A DNA stretch of 64,000 nucleotides. Source: Cladosporium halotolerans (Eukaryota). The stretch is taken from positions 310,001 through 374,000 of the forward strand of contig NW_027191452.1 in the NCBI RefSeq assembly GCF_011745625.1, given 5' to 3'. This document shows positions 1 through 10,823 of this stretch, piece by piece. The notes beneath the pieces were generated by a model. The model searched no databases and was not told the origin of the DNA. It was given only the letters and a program-made list of their open reading frames with translations. Every line of letters starts with the position of its first letter. The first letter of the stretch is position 1. The position numbers and the translations under genes were made by a program.

Positions 1-2
1 AA

Positions 3-1367
3 TGCGGGCCTCTCAAGCAAAGCTACGACGTCCTGGGCGAACGGGTCCTCAACCGATTGAACGAAATATCGCCACCGCCACGCAAGGACCTACCCAGACA
101 TAACAGCCAATTCACCGTCCCCGAGAAGCCTCCTCAGGATCCGGAGAAGGCTGACGAGAAGTCCGTCAAACCTCCTTCGCGGGATCTCTATGCGATATTG
201 AGAGACAATCGCGAGGGCGACGTGCTGCTGAGGGAGTTCTGGGACGAGGTCAACACGGTGCCGGATTGGGTTGATTGGGCGCAGATAGAGCGGGGGCAGG
301 ACGTATTCTATCGCTATGGAGGTGCTTGTTTGACCGGCCTGGCGTATCAATCCTTGCTCGGCGGCATGGGCGCCGCGCGAGTCGTGGAGACATTAGCAAG
401 GACAGGCGGGTTCTCGACCAAGGTAGCGAGGAGTCGAATGTTTGAGACCACGCAGCACATCCTGCAGTGCACCAAGTCTCTGGAAAGCATACAGCCCGGC
501 GGCGACGGGTGGGCGTCGACGCTGCGGGTCCGGCTCCTGCATGTGGCGGTCCGGCAGCGCATCCTCGCCCTCGCGAAGACGAAACCGGAGTACTATGACA
601 CGGAGGCGTGGGGGATCCCGATCAACGACCTCGACTCCGTCGCCACGATCGCGACCTTCTCGTCGACGCTGATCTGGATGTCGCTGCCGCGCCAGGGGAT
701 CTTCCTCCGCCAGCAGGAGATCCTGGACTATATCGCGCTGTGGCGCTACATCGGGCATCTGATCGGGTGCCCGACGGACGGCTTCTTCGACACGCCGGCG
801 CACGCGAAGCGCACGATGGAGGCGCTGCTGCTCTACGAGATCCAGCCGACGCCGACGTCGCGCATCCTCGCCAACAACATCATCAAGTCGCTCGAGGGGC
901 AGCCGCCGGGCTTCGCGTCGGCGGACTTCCTGACGGCGTCCGCGCGCTGGCTCAATGGCAATGCGCTCTGCGACGAGCTCGGGCTGTCCCGGCCAAGTCT
1001 CTATTACTGGGCGCTCATGGCTGGGCAGTGCCTGTTTTTCTGCTTCTTCTGCTACACGTACCGGAGCTTTCCGTCGCTGGACCGCAAGAAGGTGGCGATG
1101 CTGAAGAAGGTCTTCTACGACATCATCGTGCATTCGAAGTACGGGCTGAAGGGGGAGGAGAGCAACTTCGATTTCAAGTACGTGCCGGAGTACTCGACCA
1201 TTACGGAGATGGGCGAGTGTGAGGAGGAGAAGGCGGATTACTCGTACGTCGAGCGGCGGAATCTGCGCACCTTCTGCGTTGCGGTTGGGTGCGTAGGGTT
1301 GGGAACTTGGATTGGGTTTCGGGTGGTGTGGGCTGTGGGTAGGGCGGCGTGGTCCGCGATACAGTAG
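3..1367 (+). CDS. ER-bound oxygenase MpaB / rubber-oxygenase-like (DUF2236-type) protein, 5' end outside the window
   Basis: Frame is open from base 3. Motifs VPDWVDWAQIERGQDVFYRY, ETLARTGGF, LRVRLLHVAVR, WGIPINDLD and ALWRYIGHLIG are typical of this family; there is a C-terminal hydrophobic anchor. Confidence 0.85.
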   Translation, partial: CGPLKQSYDVLGERVLNRLNEISPPPRKDLPRHNSQFTVPEKPPQDPEKADEKSVKPPSRDLYAILRDNREGDVLLREFWDEVNTVPDWVDWAQIERGQDVFYRYGGACLTGLAYQSLLGGMGAARVVETLARTGGFSTKVARSRMFETTQHILQCTKSLESIQPGGDGWASTLRVRLLHVAVRQRILALAKTKPEYYDTEAWGIPINDLDSVATIATFSSTLIWMSLPRQGIFLRQQEILDYIALWRYIGHLIGCPTDGFFDTPAHAKRTMEALLLYEIQPTPTSRILANNIIKSLEGQPPGFASADFLTASARWLNGNALCDELGLSRPSLYYWALMAGQCLFFCFFCYTYRSFPSLDRKKVAMLKKVFYDIIVHSKYGLKGEESNFDFKYVPEYSTITEMGECEEEKADYSYVERRNLRTFCVAVGCVGLGTWIGFRVVWAVGRAAWSAIQ

Positions 1368-3076
1368 TAGAGAGCTAGCGGTTTATGTTGGGTGCGCCCG
1401 TGGACGTTTAGAGATCGCGATTAGTGCTATATGAGCCATGTGGTATGAGATTTTCTGGGAAGTTCGGGCGACGCACCCCGCCACGAGCGAGCCCTCAAGG
1501 CGAAACACGGCCAATTGCCCTGCTCGACGCCGACTGCAGGTGTCGGTGTGGCCCGTTTGTGGAGGCCTGAACAGCGGTACGCTCCGGCCTCACGACGTGG
1601 TGTCCACTGTCGACAATCGCCATGCGCGATCTCGCGTGCGCTCCTCCCAAGCGGAGCCGGCCAGAGCCCGCGAGCTCCAGACGCAGCCAGGCAGAAGCTA
1701 AGGCATCTAAGGGTACCCCGACCGCGCATTCGGGTCACGCCGTCTGGTCTCGTATCGGCGGCGCGGTGCAGCCAATCGCAAAATTCCCACACCTCTCCAC
1801 CGGCGCGGAGTGACCTTCCGCGCCGCTGCTGTTGGCGACCGCAAGGCAATAATGCTATCGCTGCTGCTCCCGTTTGCCACTGCTGCGTTCTGCTACTGCA
1901 CGCCACACGAACGCGGCGAACTAGACGTGCGTCCTGCATGCGCCCAACCTAACGCGCCGCGTCCTGCGTCTGCTGGTCCGGCCAGCGCTCGGCTGTTCCC
2001 CAGGCGCGCGTCGGCACTCGTCAAGACGCAAAACGGAGACGTGCATGCTGCCTGCGAAGGCGGTGCAGTGGCGGGCCGGTGCATGCTGTCTGCTCCTCCT
2101 CCGCCGAGCAATCCGCGCGGCGGGTGGAGCGCAGGAGTCGGCGAGACATCGTGCCTTGCTTTGACGGTGGCGGCCGCGAGCAGTAGTGGGCAGCGAGGTG
2201 TGGCGAAGACACGACACAGCGATATGCGTGGGCGATGCGCGGAGGGTAGTGCTGCTCGGAGGTCCCGGTCTGCAGCCAATAATTGCGGCGCGAAGCCTGC
2301 CACAGTAGCATACAAACTAGCCATGAAGGATTCCAATTACCTTCAGCCAACGCGGCTCGCTTGCAGGGCATCAGCACACAGCTGCGCGTCTGTCTCTGCT
2401 TCTTTCGCAGTGCCGCCTGGCTCAGCTTGCCCTCAGCGGTAGAGCGCGCCTTGCTATAGCTTCGGACTGCCAGGCCCGCCTGCTCGGGCGGGCCCACTGG
2501 CCCAGACGCACCGCTAACTGATTGACGCGCCCCGCCGCTGCGCCGGCCGCCGCCCTCTCACACTTCCACACCCTCGTCAGTAGTGCTTGCTTGAGCGTTG
2601 CTGTTTGGGGCGCTGCCGGCCTGACTGACTCTTCCGACTTCTCTGTTTCCTGCATTTCTATATCCCTCTCGCCTATCGCCGTGCGCGCACCGCCTTTTCT
2701 CGTCTCTCCTGCCGTGCTTCGCCAGCGGAGCGTTTGCTGCATTGCGACTGTTCTCGGCTATCTGCATTTGCGCCGCTGCGAACGGTTCTGCCCCTCCACC
2801 AGCTGCTAGCAGAACGGGCTGCGACGTCTGGTGCGGTCTGGGCTTGGTCCGAGGACAGGAGTGCACGCCGACTTGGAACTGCCAGCTCATACTTGGAACA
2901 CTGGGTGATGGCGCAGGCGACGACGATGCTGGCATTGGGATCTCTTCTTTTGGACAGCACATACGGGCCTTCGAACAGCCAGAGCGATTGAAGCAACGCA
3001 CCAGCAGCTTTACATCGCACGATAGGATATCCACGCACATCCTCCCCAGGAAACACACAAGCGGCCGGGCGCCGCA

Positions 3077-6000
3077 ATGCCTGCGCCGACTTCGGGATAC
3101 GACTCTCGCAGAGGCTCCCGATCCGGCGGGGAGACTGGCCTCAGGAAATCAGACCGCAGCGAGAAGGCCAAGAGCAGCCAGACATATGCGCAGTACTCGG
3201 GTTCTGCGGCACAGAGCGGCGAAGGAGGACCGGCCGGGGTGGTGAGGGCTGGGACTGCGCCTCGAAGGCCGCAATTGGGGACACGGACGTCTTCTGCTCC
3301 TTTGGTGGAGAGGGGACGAGGGAGCGGATATGCGGCTGGGCTGCAGCGACTCCCGCAGGGCCACGAGCCGGGAGCCCAGGCTGGCACTGGTGCTGCCGAG
3401 GCGTTCCAGGATGAGGATGAGGTCGCTGGTGTTGTTGGCGCTATGAAGCAGTATGAGCCTTTCAAGAGCCCGCAGGTACGCTCCTTGAGGTGTTGGCTGG
3501 TGCAAGACTGGGTACTGACATCTTGGCATAGATCGAAGAGCCTATCCCTGAAATGAACATTGCCGTCATTGGAGGCGACGGTGTAGGAAAATCTACCTTT
3601 CTCCAGAAGGCGCTTGATCTTCCTTATCCAGCACCCTCCAAGGCCGCAGATCGCAAGATCCCATATGATGGCACCCTATACCGCATCCGACTTCTAGAGA
3701 TATCAATTGACGACGTGGACATTGACGATGACGACACCGTCAGCTGGCCAGATTCGGTGGCTGACAAAATGATGCCGCAAATAGACGGCGTGCTCACACT
3801 TTATGATGTATCAGACAGGGCAAGTCTGGACGATGTCCCTGAAACGTTGGGTGAGTCGCTCGGAGAGCTTCAGACCAAGCATTTACAACATGTGTGACCG
3901 CTCGCAAAATTGATACATGTGCTGACCGGATCCCTAGCTGCTATTCACAAGGCTGATCTCCCTTCTGTTCTTATCTCATGCAAGTGCGACACGCCACCAG
4001 CCGAGAGACAGCTCGATCCCATCGGCATCGAAACCAGAGCAAAACAGGCCGTCAAGACCCTCCGCTCGGTACAAACATCGGTGACTAACCCAGGAACATT
4101 CAAGATGGGCCTTGCCACTCTTGTGAAAGCTGTTGTCAATGGCCAAACGGGTAAGGCATCATTCGAGCCATCACATTGCTCTAGGATCCAGCTAATCTTG
4201 CATAGACGAGCCCACAATCACCAATCGCCAGCGCGCCCAATCAAATGCAGTTCGTTCGGTATCCCCGCGCCCGACCGGATTGGTTGGTCACGCTCGAGCT
4301 AGCTCGGAGTACACTGCCAGCCTGCACAAAGACCGAGGACACTCGCGGCATGACTCCAGTCATCTGGCACATGGCTCCAGCGACCACTTGAAGGTCCCAG
4401 AGTCTGAGCAAATGAGCAACTCGTTCTTACTAGAGGAATCCGGCGGTGAAAGCATACCCGGTTCCCAACGATCATCTACCGAGGTGGAAGCTGCCGCAAC
4501 AACGCTGATGGGAGCTCCGTCGACTTCGGAGCTGTCCGAAAACGGCGCAACATTCGAGGAGCTTGTCGACCGGCTATGTGCCCAGCCAACTTCCAAAGCA
4601 GACGGCAAGTTTGTTGTCATTTTCCTGGCATTGTATCGCAAATTTGCTGCGCCTGGCCGGCTTCTGGAGGCCATTGTGGAGCGCTTTGACGCGATGGAGC
4701 GCAACGGCACACCACTCATGATCAAGATGGTTGCGCAACTTCGCATTCTCTCTGTCATGGAGCAGTGGATCACTCACTATCCGGGTGATTTTGCTTACCA
4801 GAAGACCCGCCGAAGAGTACGAACGTTCATCGCGAAGATATCCGCGGTGTCGATTTTCCATGTCGCGGCAAAGGAGATGAGCTCCGGCCTTGAGATGGTG
4901 CAAGAAGACGACGACACCGAGTGGGGTTACAGCGACAAAAACCGCAACACAATAACCAGCAGCACATACCAGTGGAAGATGTCATCTACCGCCAGCATGC
5001 TTATTGACGACGATTCCTTTATCTTCCCGGACAACATGAGCGTGGTCACCGCGAACGATGACGCCAGTCTCGCCCCTAGCCTTGGAGGAGAGACTATCCG
5101 CTCCACCTCCTCCACAGCATCCTCCCAACTAATGTTCAACTTCGAATCAGCGCAACGCCAAGCAGCAACTCTCTATCCACGGGACCGCATCCTCCTCTCC
5201 AAACTTGAATGGCGCATGTTCATGAGCATCGACGACGCCCTAGTCGCCCGCGAGCTCACCCGCATGGACTGGGTCATGTTCTCCTCCATCCGCCCGCGCG
5301 ACCTCGTCCGCCACGTATCCCTCAAGCCCACCGAGAAACCCAACTGCAAGAACCTCGTCAACGTCAGCCGCATGATCGAGCACTTCAACCACCTGGCCGC
5401 CTGGGTCGCCAACTTCATCCTACTGCGCGACAAGCCCAAGCACCGCGCCCTCATGCTCGAGAAGATGATGCGCATCGCCCGCAAGCTGCGCGAGCTCAAC
5501 AACTACAACGCCCTCGGCGCCTTCCTCGCCGGCATCCGCGGCACCGCCGTCCACCGCCTGCAGGCCACCCGCGAGCTCCTCCCGCCCCCCGTTGGCAAGG
5601 ACTGGATGAAGCTCGAGATCCTCATGGCCCACACGCGCTCTTTCGCGGCTTACCGCCTCGCCTGGGAGAACAGCTCCGCCGAGCGCATCCCGTACATCCC
5701 GCTGCACCGCCGCGATCTCGTCACGGCGGAGGAGGGCAACCCGACTTTCATCGGCGACGAGCAGGCCGGCAGGATCAATTGGAAGAAGTTCGAGATCATG
5801 GGCGAGGTCATCGTGGGCTTGCAGAAGGCGCAGGGCCTGCCGTACCGCGGGCTCGGCAACGGGCGCATGGGCGAGCAGGCGAGGGAGCTGGTGCTGGATG
5901 TGAAGCTCGTCAAGGACGAAGACGTAAGTTTCGATTTCCCCCCTTTCAAGGCTTAATTCTTTTGAACATCATTGCTGACTTTGTTGGTTGAACAGGAACT

Positions 6001-6085
6001 CTACGAGCGCAGCACGCAGCTAGAAGCGCCCGCGAACCAAGGCGCCACGGCCGGCACGAAGTTCCGTGAGTTCTTCAAGCGGTAA
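3077..6085 (+). CDS. RasGEF (REM + CDC25 domains) with an N-terminal Ras-like P-loop domain; exons 3077-3475, 3532-3850, 3938-4150, 4206-5923, 5996-6085
   Basis: Four GT-AG introns with CTRAY branch sites join the ORF pieces in frame. Motifs: IAVIGGDGVGKST (P-loop), ATFEELVDRL/FLALYRKF (REM), HFNHLAAWV, LNNYNALGAF, IPYIPLHRRDL, INWKKF (CDC25). Confidence 0.9.
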
Positions 6086-6569
6086 AATGTAAGGCGCACT
6101 TACAGGAGGTTCCACGAATTTTACACGACGCCCGAGTGGCGGGCATCTACCTGCATAGAAGACAGTGCTAGAAAAGTAGAAGAAAGATAGACGCCAGGAG
6201 CGGGTGTCCACGGCTCATGCTAGAGCTAACGAAAGAAGAAGAAGAAGGCCTTCACGAATACGGAATCGGAATCTGGATAAAAATGACATGACATATGGCG
6301 ACTTTTTTTTTATTCTTTTTGGGCGGTGGTTCTTTTTGAAACTGTCGCAGAGCGTGGTTCTAGCAAGGGTGAGCGCAAGGCATGGTTGTTGACTGACGAG
6401 GTCCGCACGGGAATCGAGTCGGAGAGCATGAGAAGTGCAGTCCAGCGTTCCAGCCCTTTGCTTCCGCTTCCGCGTGTTGGCCGTCGATAGGCATTCATCT
6501 TATTTATCCTTCATGAACATTCTCATCACTTCAATTCGCATCTCATCGCACTGTCCACAGGCGAAAGCG

Positions 6570-8041
6570 GGGAGACAAGTCCAAGAACACGGGGATATAT
6601 TTGCCAGGAAGCCTATGAACAGAGCTCAAAACGAGAGTCAATCTACGTAATCCAACGACCAAGCAAAGCGTTCTCTACAACAAAGACTTCCAACCTGCAT
6701 GTCCTCGGAATCTTTTTTAAACGAGCGGACAAGGAAGGAAAAATTTAAGCTTCCTCTGCCAAATGATCGACTTGACGGTCAGGTTCTTCGCCGTTGATAA
6801 CAACATCTTCTCTTCTCCTCCCCGTGATTCGAAATAAAACTTCGAGCAAGCAGCCGCTCTCACCTCAAGCGAGAGAGAGAGGGGCCATAGACTCCCAAAA
6901 GAAACTTCCAAAATAGAAAGGAACCAAACAAATAACGCAACCCGGTCGCACTGATGACAGCAGTTTCCCACAGTCCGTGAGTGACGAGCCGCTCGCGCAA
7001 CTCACGGCCCTCCCTATCACGCCTCTCGCGCGCTCAGAAAAGAGCGCAACGAAAAGCAGACCAGGAGTTTGGAGTAGCCGCGAGCGCGGAGACGAGGCTC
7101 GTCCGGGCGAACCAACCCGCTGTCCAGGAGGGGACAGGGATGGCCCGAATGACAACCGCACGACAGCTGCATCCGTTTCTCCGTCGCTCGGACGCCGGTG
7201 GGTTCCTCCTTGTGCCTCTTCGCGCGCGTGGGTGGGGAAGAGGGGGAGGCGGTGGAGGACGGAAGGACGCTGAGGGGTGTGTTTTCCGTTCGATGGAGTC
7301 CGGTTCTTGAGCTGGAGCGCTCGAGATGGATTCCGTCGGCGGAAAGGGTCTCTGCGCTGTCGCCTGCTCCTTCGGCCGGCCTCGGGCGTGTAGACGCGAA
7401 CCCCGTGGTGGGGAGAGGTCAGAGCCGCGAGGGGGCTGAAGGTCCATCGGGTCTCCGGTTCCGCGAACGCGAGAGCGTCCAGCAAGGAGGTGGAGAGCGA
7501 ATGGAAATCGCAGGCGCAGGCGAATTTGAAAGAAAGAGCAAACCATGCCCAAGCCGCACTTTTCTCCTAAGATGAAGTGCGACTCATGCCATTCCCATTA
7601 CGAATGGCAACAATTGTCCGGCCCGTGCATCCGTCGTCTTCGGCGGTCACACGCAGTTCGTCGCAAGCAGTCCTCTCTCGCCGGGTAGCCAGCTGCGTCT
7701 CTCTGTTCCGCTGGTGCGTCCGGGAGGCAAGGCATCCAGGGCAAGCCACACGTGATGCTTGCTCGCGGAGGGACGAGGGAGGCGAGAGTTCCAGGTGGGT
7801 AACCGACGAGGGAAGTAAAGTGAGGTATCTGCGTATGAGCCGAAGGACAGGAGAGAGGGGCGGGATGGAGGGGGCGATAAGTACCGCAAAATTTACCTCC
7901 GCGAAATGGCAGCGCTCTCCAAAAGCTTTTGGAGCAAGCCAGTTCCAGGCAGCGATGAGTTCCAAGAGATGGTTGGTCGCAAGTGCGTCCAGAATTCCTG
8001 AGCTGTAATCGTCCAGGGCCGTAATGGGTATCTTGGACCAG
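6570..8041 (+). ncRNA. Candidate long, highly structured non-coding RNA; boundaries approximate
   Basis: No credible ORF. Many nested stems whose G-U pairs favour the + strand, 5'/3' pairing of 6579-6586 with 8031-8038, and a GTATGT donor at 8042. No transcript evidence. Confidence 0.4.
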
Positions 8042-8447
8042 GTATGTCTTGCGTCTCATGCGGGAAAAGGGAGAGGGTTTCGCGACGCTTCGAAAATGTG
8101 ATTGATGTAATGAAATCAAACATTAACAGGTGCAGTGCACAACGCATGGCACTCGCGATAGATACAGTTTTTCGCAAGTACCAAAACCTGAAAGGAGTTG
8201 CATAATGCGTCTGGCTCTGCGTTGCGCTCAAGAACTTGAGGCAGCTGCGAGAGCAACAGAAGGGGACCGGAGCACCCTATCGGTCTGAGCATATTTAAAG
8301 TCCCAACGAACAGTCACCAACCTCGAACCGGATGATCCCACGGATGACAACAGGACCCCACCTGCGCGCCACAAACGGCCATTTGCGCGCCACAGGTGGA
8401 AGAACGGTCAGATGTGGAACTGAAGCCTGGCGCATGACTTCCAGACT

Positions 8448-10823
8448 TCAACGGGCGGGGTCGGCGAAGGGATCGCGAGTGGACTGATTGGGGTATGGCG
8501 GGTTCGGACGGAAAGTTTGACGTGGTTGATTTGGTGGCGAGGTGGGGGAGGTGACGCCGTAGTCACCATAACTTGAGGCGCGGACATGGCTCTGGCGGCG
8601 GATGGCAGCATCTACGCTCTGGCTTCCAACGTTGCCCAGCTTCTCCGATTTGGACGTAGAGAACGCTTCAGCAGGAGCGTGGGGCGAAGTGGCGCTGTGC
8701 ACTTCGAACGTTGGCAGAGGGTTGGTTGTCAGCGTGTATGCTTGACCATTGTATTTGTTGCCGCTGGAATCGCCCGAAGTTGGCGTCGACGTAGCTTGCT
8801 CGTACGTCGGCACGCGACCGCGAGTCAAAAAGTCATCCATCTCATGCTTCTCGTGTCCGTGACTCGAAAAGCCTTTGGACGGCATTGCACCACCGGACCC
8901 ACCCTTCATCATCAGAGCCAGAGCCCTAAAGATGCCGATGAGTGCGATGATGAGCCAGATGATGAGCACGCAAGTTGATATGATAGCTTCTTGCCGGACG
9001 GCGCGATAAAGAGCGTTGGTGACGTGCAAGACCGCAGCTGCGATGTCGTCAGCAGCTCCTTCGGCGGGACCTTGTGCCAGGAGCTCATTCTGAGATCCAG
9101 AGACTTTTTCTGAAGCACCAGCACTAAAAGTGCTGGGATCCATGAGTGGAAAGTCGATGTGGGCATGATCGCTGACCCAGGTGAGCCCTTTCTGGATTCC
9201 TTGCACTTTGAGGAGTACAAGGCAATTGAGAACGTCCAGAATCGGCTCGTACAGGATTGTTCCGCCAAAGGTGGTGTTGAGCGTGTCCACCATGCCGTCA
9301 ACAAACACGTTAAGGGTGTGATTGACAGCATGCGTGGTGGTATTGACCCATCCAAAGACATCCTTGTTGATCTCGTCGTTGGTATCCATAATGATCTTGT
9401 TCGTGCCAACAGCCCACTGCTCGCTTGCATTGTTGAGTTGAAACATGACCTTATCGACGAAGGCGCCTACTTGGTTTGTGAGCGCAGGCACTTCCTTCTC
9501 AATGGACTTGAGCAGAATGTACTGGCACAAGCAGCCGAGCAGGCCAGCAATTGCAAGGGAGAGCACGAATAGAGCAGGGACTGTAGTGGCGTATGCCACA
9601 GTCCAACGGACGAGAGCTTGTCGGCGAGGAGAGCTGAAAATTTGTGAGACCTTAAGACCAAAGGTTGAGGTGTAAGGCCTAGACACAAGGTATACGGCGT
9701 CCATGGGGTCATGAGCATCGGTTTTGATCAATTGAGCGCGCTCTTGCATGAGACGCCATCGCCGGTACTCGCGGTACGCCATAGGGACCATCGCCAAGAT
9801 GGCGAGAGTAATCAAAACGCCGAGAAAGATCTTCTTCGCGAGATGCTCAATGTGAACGAGCTTGTCAAAGAAGTCGTTGATGCCGTTGCTATCAGAGCAG
9901 AAGGTGAGTTTCTCTTTGGCGGGAACCGGAAACATCGAAGCGTTGAGAGTGTATCTTGGCAAGCTCTCGTTAAGCAGCTTCTTCACCTCTTGAAACGGAA
10001 ATCGGATTGCGGCGTTGGTGACATTGTTGACTTCAGCAAAGGTCGGAATAGAATCGTTCAGTTTCTGTAGGCCTTTGTCGAAATCAGACGGCAACTTGAG
10101 GGAGTTCAGCTTCTCAATCTCGTCGGTAAAATCGACTTTGGGTGGGTCAGGTTTCTTGCCAGTGAACAGGCTTCCGACGTCGTTGATGCCAGAAAGGAGT
10201 CCATTCACGGCGTCTTCAAGGCCGTCGGCGGCATTTCCTAAGTCTTTGCCAACCTCTTTTGCGGTCGAGTTGAGGAAGTCACCGACGTCTTCGGCGACGC
10301 TAACGGCGACATGAAGACTGCCACCGATAGCGAGGGTGAGCAAACACACGTACGTGGACGTCAGAAGGTTGATGATGAAGACGGCAAGTTCTTGCACGCC
10401 AGTGACGCTCAAAGTGAGCATTTGTATCAGCCCGTTGATGGCTTTCTCAACACCTCTAACGGTGAGTTCGTTGACGCCTTGGCTCATATAGTAGGGCATG
10501 CTCGCCATGGCCGAGCCTGCGTTCTCCACGGCGGTACAGGCAGAGAGCGCTTGGCGCCTCGCGCTACCGAGATTGTCGTCAAGTGTCGCGATGGCGAAAA
10601 GGGTCCGAATCAGTACGAGTAAAAGGAGGACAGTCCATCGGTTAATCCACGTCTGCGAGAGTCTAGCTCGAAGACCGAGGTAGGGTGTCGGGTATGTATC
10701 TGATTGTGAGGGAGGTCGTGATGCATCCTGCGAAGCGTAGAATTCGCGCATCTCATGGTTGCCAGCGGAAACGGATGGCGGCGCAGGATTCGGGTGTTGC
10801 TGTTGGTCCTCTGGGGATGACAT
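8448..10823 (-). CDS. PRM1: Pheromone-regulated plasma membrane fusion protein Prm1 (intronless; start could be the ATG a little upstream)
   Basis: PYLGLRARLSQTWINRWTVLLLLVL, ACTAVENAGSAMASMPYY, STYVCLL, CLVLLKVQGIQKGLTWVSDHAHIDFP and several transmembrane segments match Prm1. Confidence 0.92.
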   Translation of the reverse strand: MSSPEDQQQHPNPAPPSVSAGNHEMREFYASQDASRPPSQSDTYPTPYLGLRARLSQTWINRWTVLLLLVLIRTLFAIATLDDNLGSARRQALSACTAVENAGSAMASMPYYMSQGVNELTVRGVEKAINGLIQMLTLSVTGVQELAVFIINLLTSTYVCLLTLAIGGSLHVAVSVAEDVGDFLNSTAKEVGKDLGNAADGLEDAVNGLLSGINDVGSLFTGKKPDPPKVDFTDEIEKLNSLKLPSDFDKGLQKLNDSIPTFAEVNNVTNAAIRFPFQEVKKLLNESLPRYTLNASMFPVPAKEKLTFCSDSNGINDFFDKLVHIEHLAKKIFLGVLITLAILAMVPMAYREYRRWRLMQERAQLIKTDAHDPMDAVYLVSRPYTSTFGLKVSQIFSSPRRQALVRWTVAYATTVPALFVLSLAIAGLLGCLCQYILLKSIEKEVPALTNQVGAFVDKVMFQLNNASEQWAVGTNKIIMDTNDEINKDVFGWVNTTTHAVNHTLNVFVDGMVDTLNTTFGGTILYEPILDVLNCLVLLKVQGIQKGLTWVSDHAHIDFPLMDPSTFSAGASEKVSGSQNELLAQGPAEGAADDIAAAVLHVTNALYRAVRQEAIISTCVLIIWLIIALIGIFRALALMMKGGSGGAMPSKGFSSHGHEKHEMDDFLTRGRVPTYEQATSTPTSGDSSGNKYNGQAYTLTTNPLPTFEVHSATSPHAPAEAFSTSKSEKLGNVGSQSVDAAIRRQSHVRASSYGDYGVTSPTSPPNQPRQTFRPNPPYPNQSTRDPFADPAR

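Noticed and set aside
1..60. Possible frameshift at the start of the MpaB-like gene (ATG at 2 is out of frame)
   Set aside because: Frame 3 is open from the window edge; this cannot be judged without upstream sequence.
1427..3058. Many overlapping 100-200 aa ORFs upstream of the RasGEF
   Set aside because: Arg/Ala/Pro-rich, no domain or codon bias; expected in GC-rich non-coding DNA.
7949..8006. Box C/D-like GATGA...CTGA with a terminal stem
   Set aside because: Too short (~58 nt), imperfect C box, no recognisable rRNA guide.
6570..8041. Firm call as telomerase RNA, U1 snRNA, RNase P/MRP RNA or SRP RNA
   Set aside because: No TAACCCTAA template; ACATACCTGG on the - strand is only the complement of the splice donor; no P4 or SRP helix-8 motif seen. 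Kept only as an unclassified candidate.
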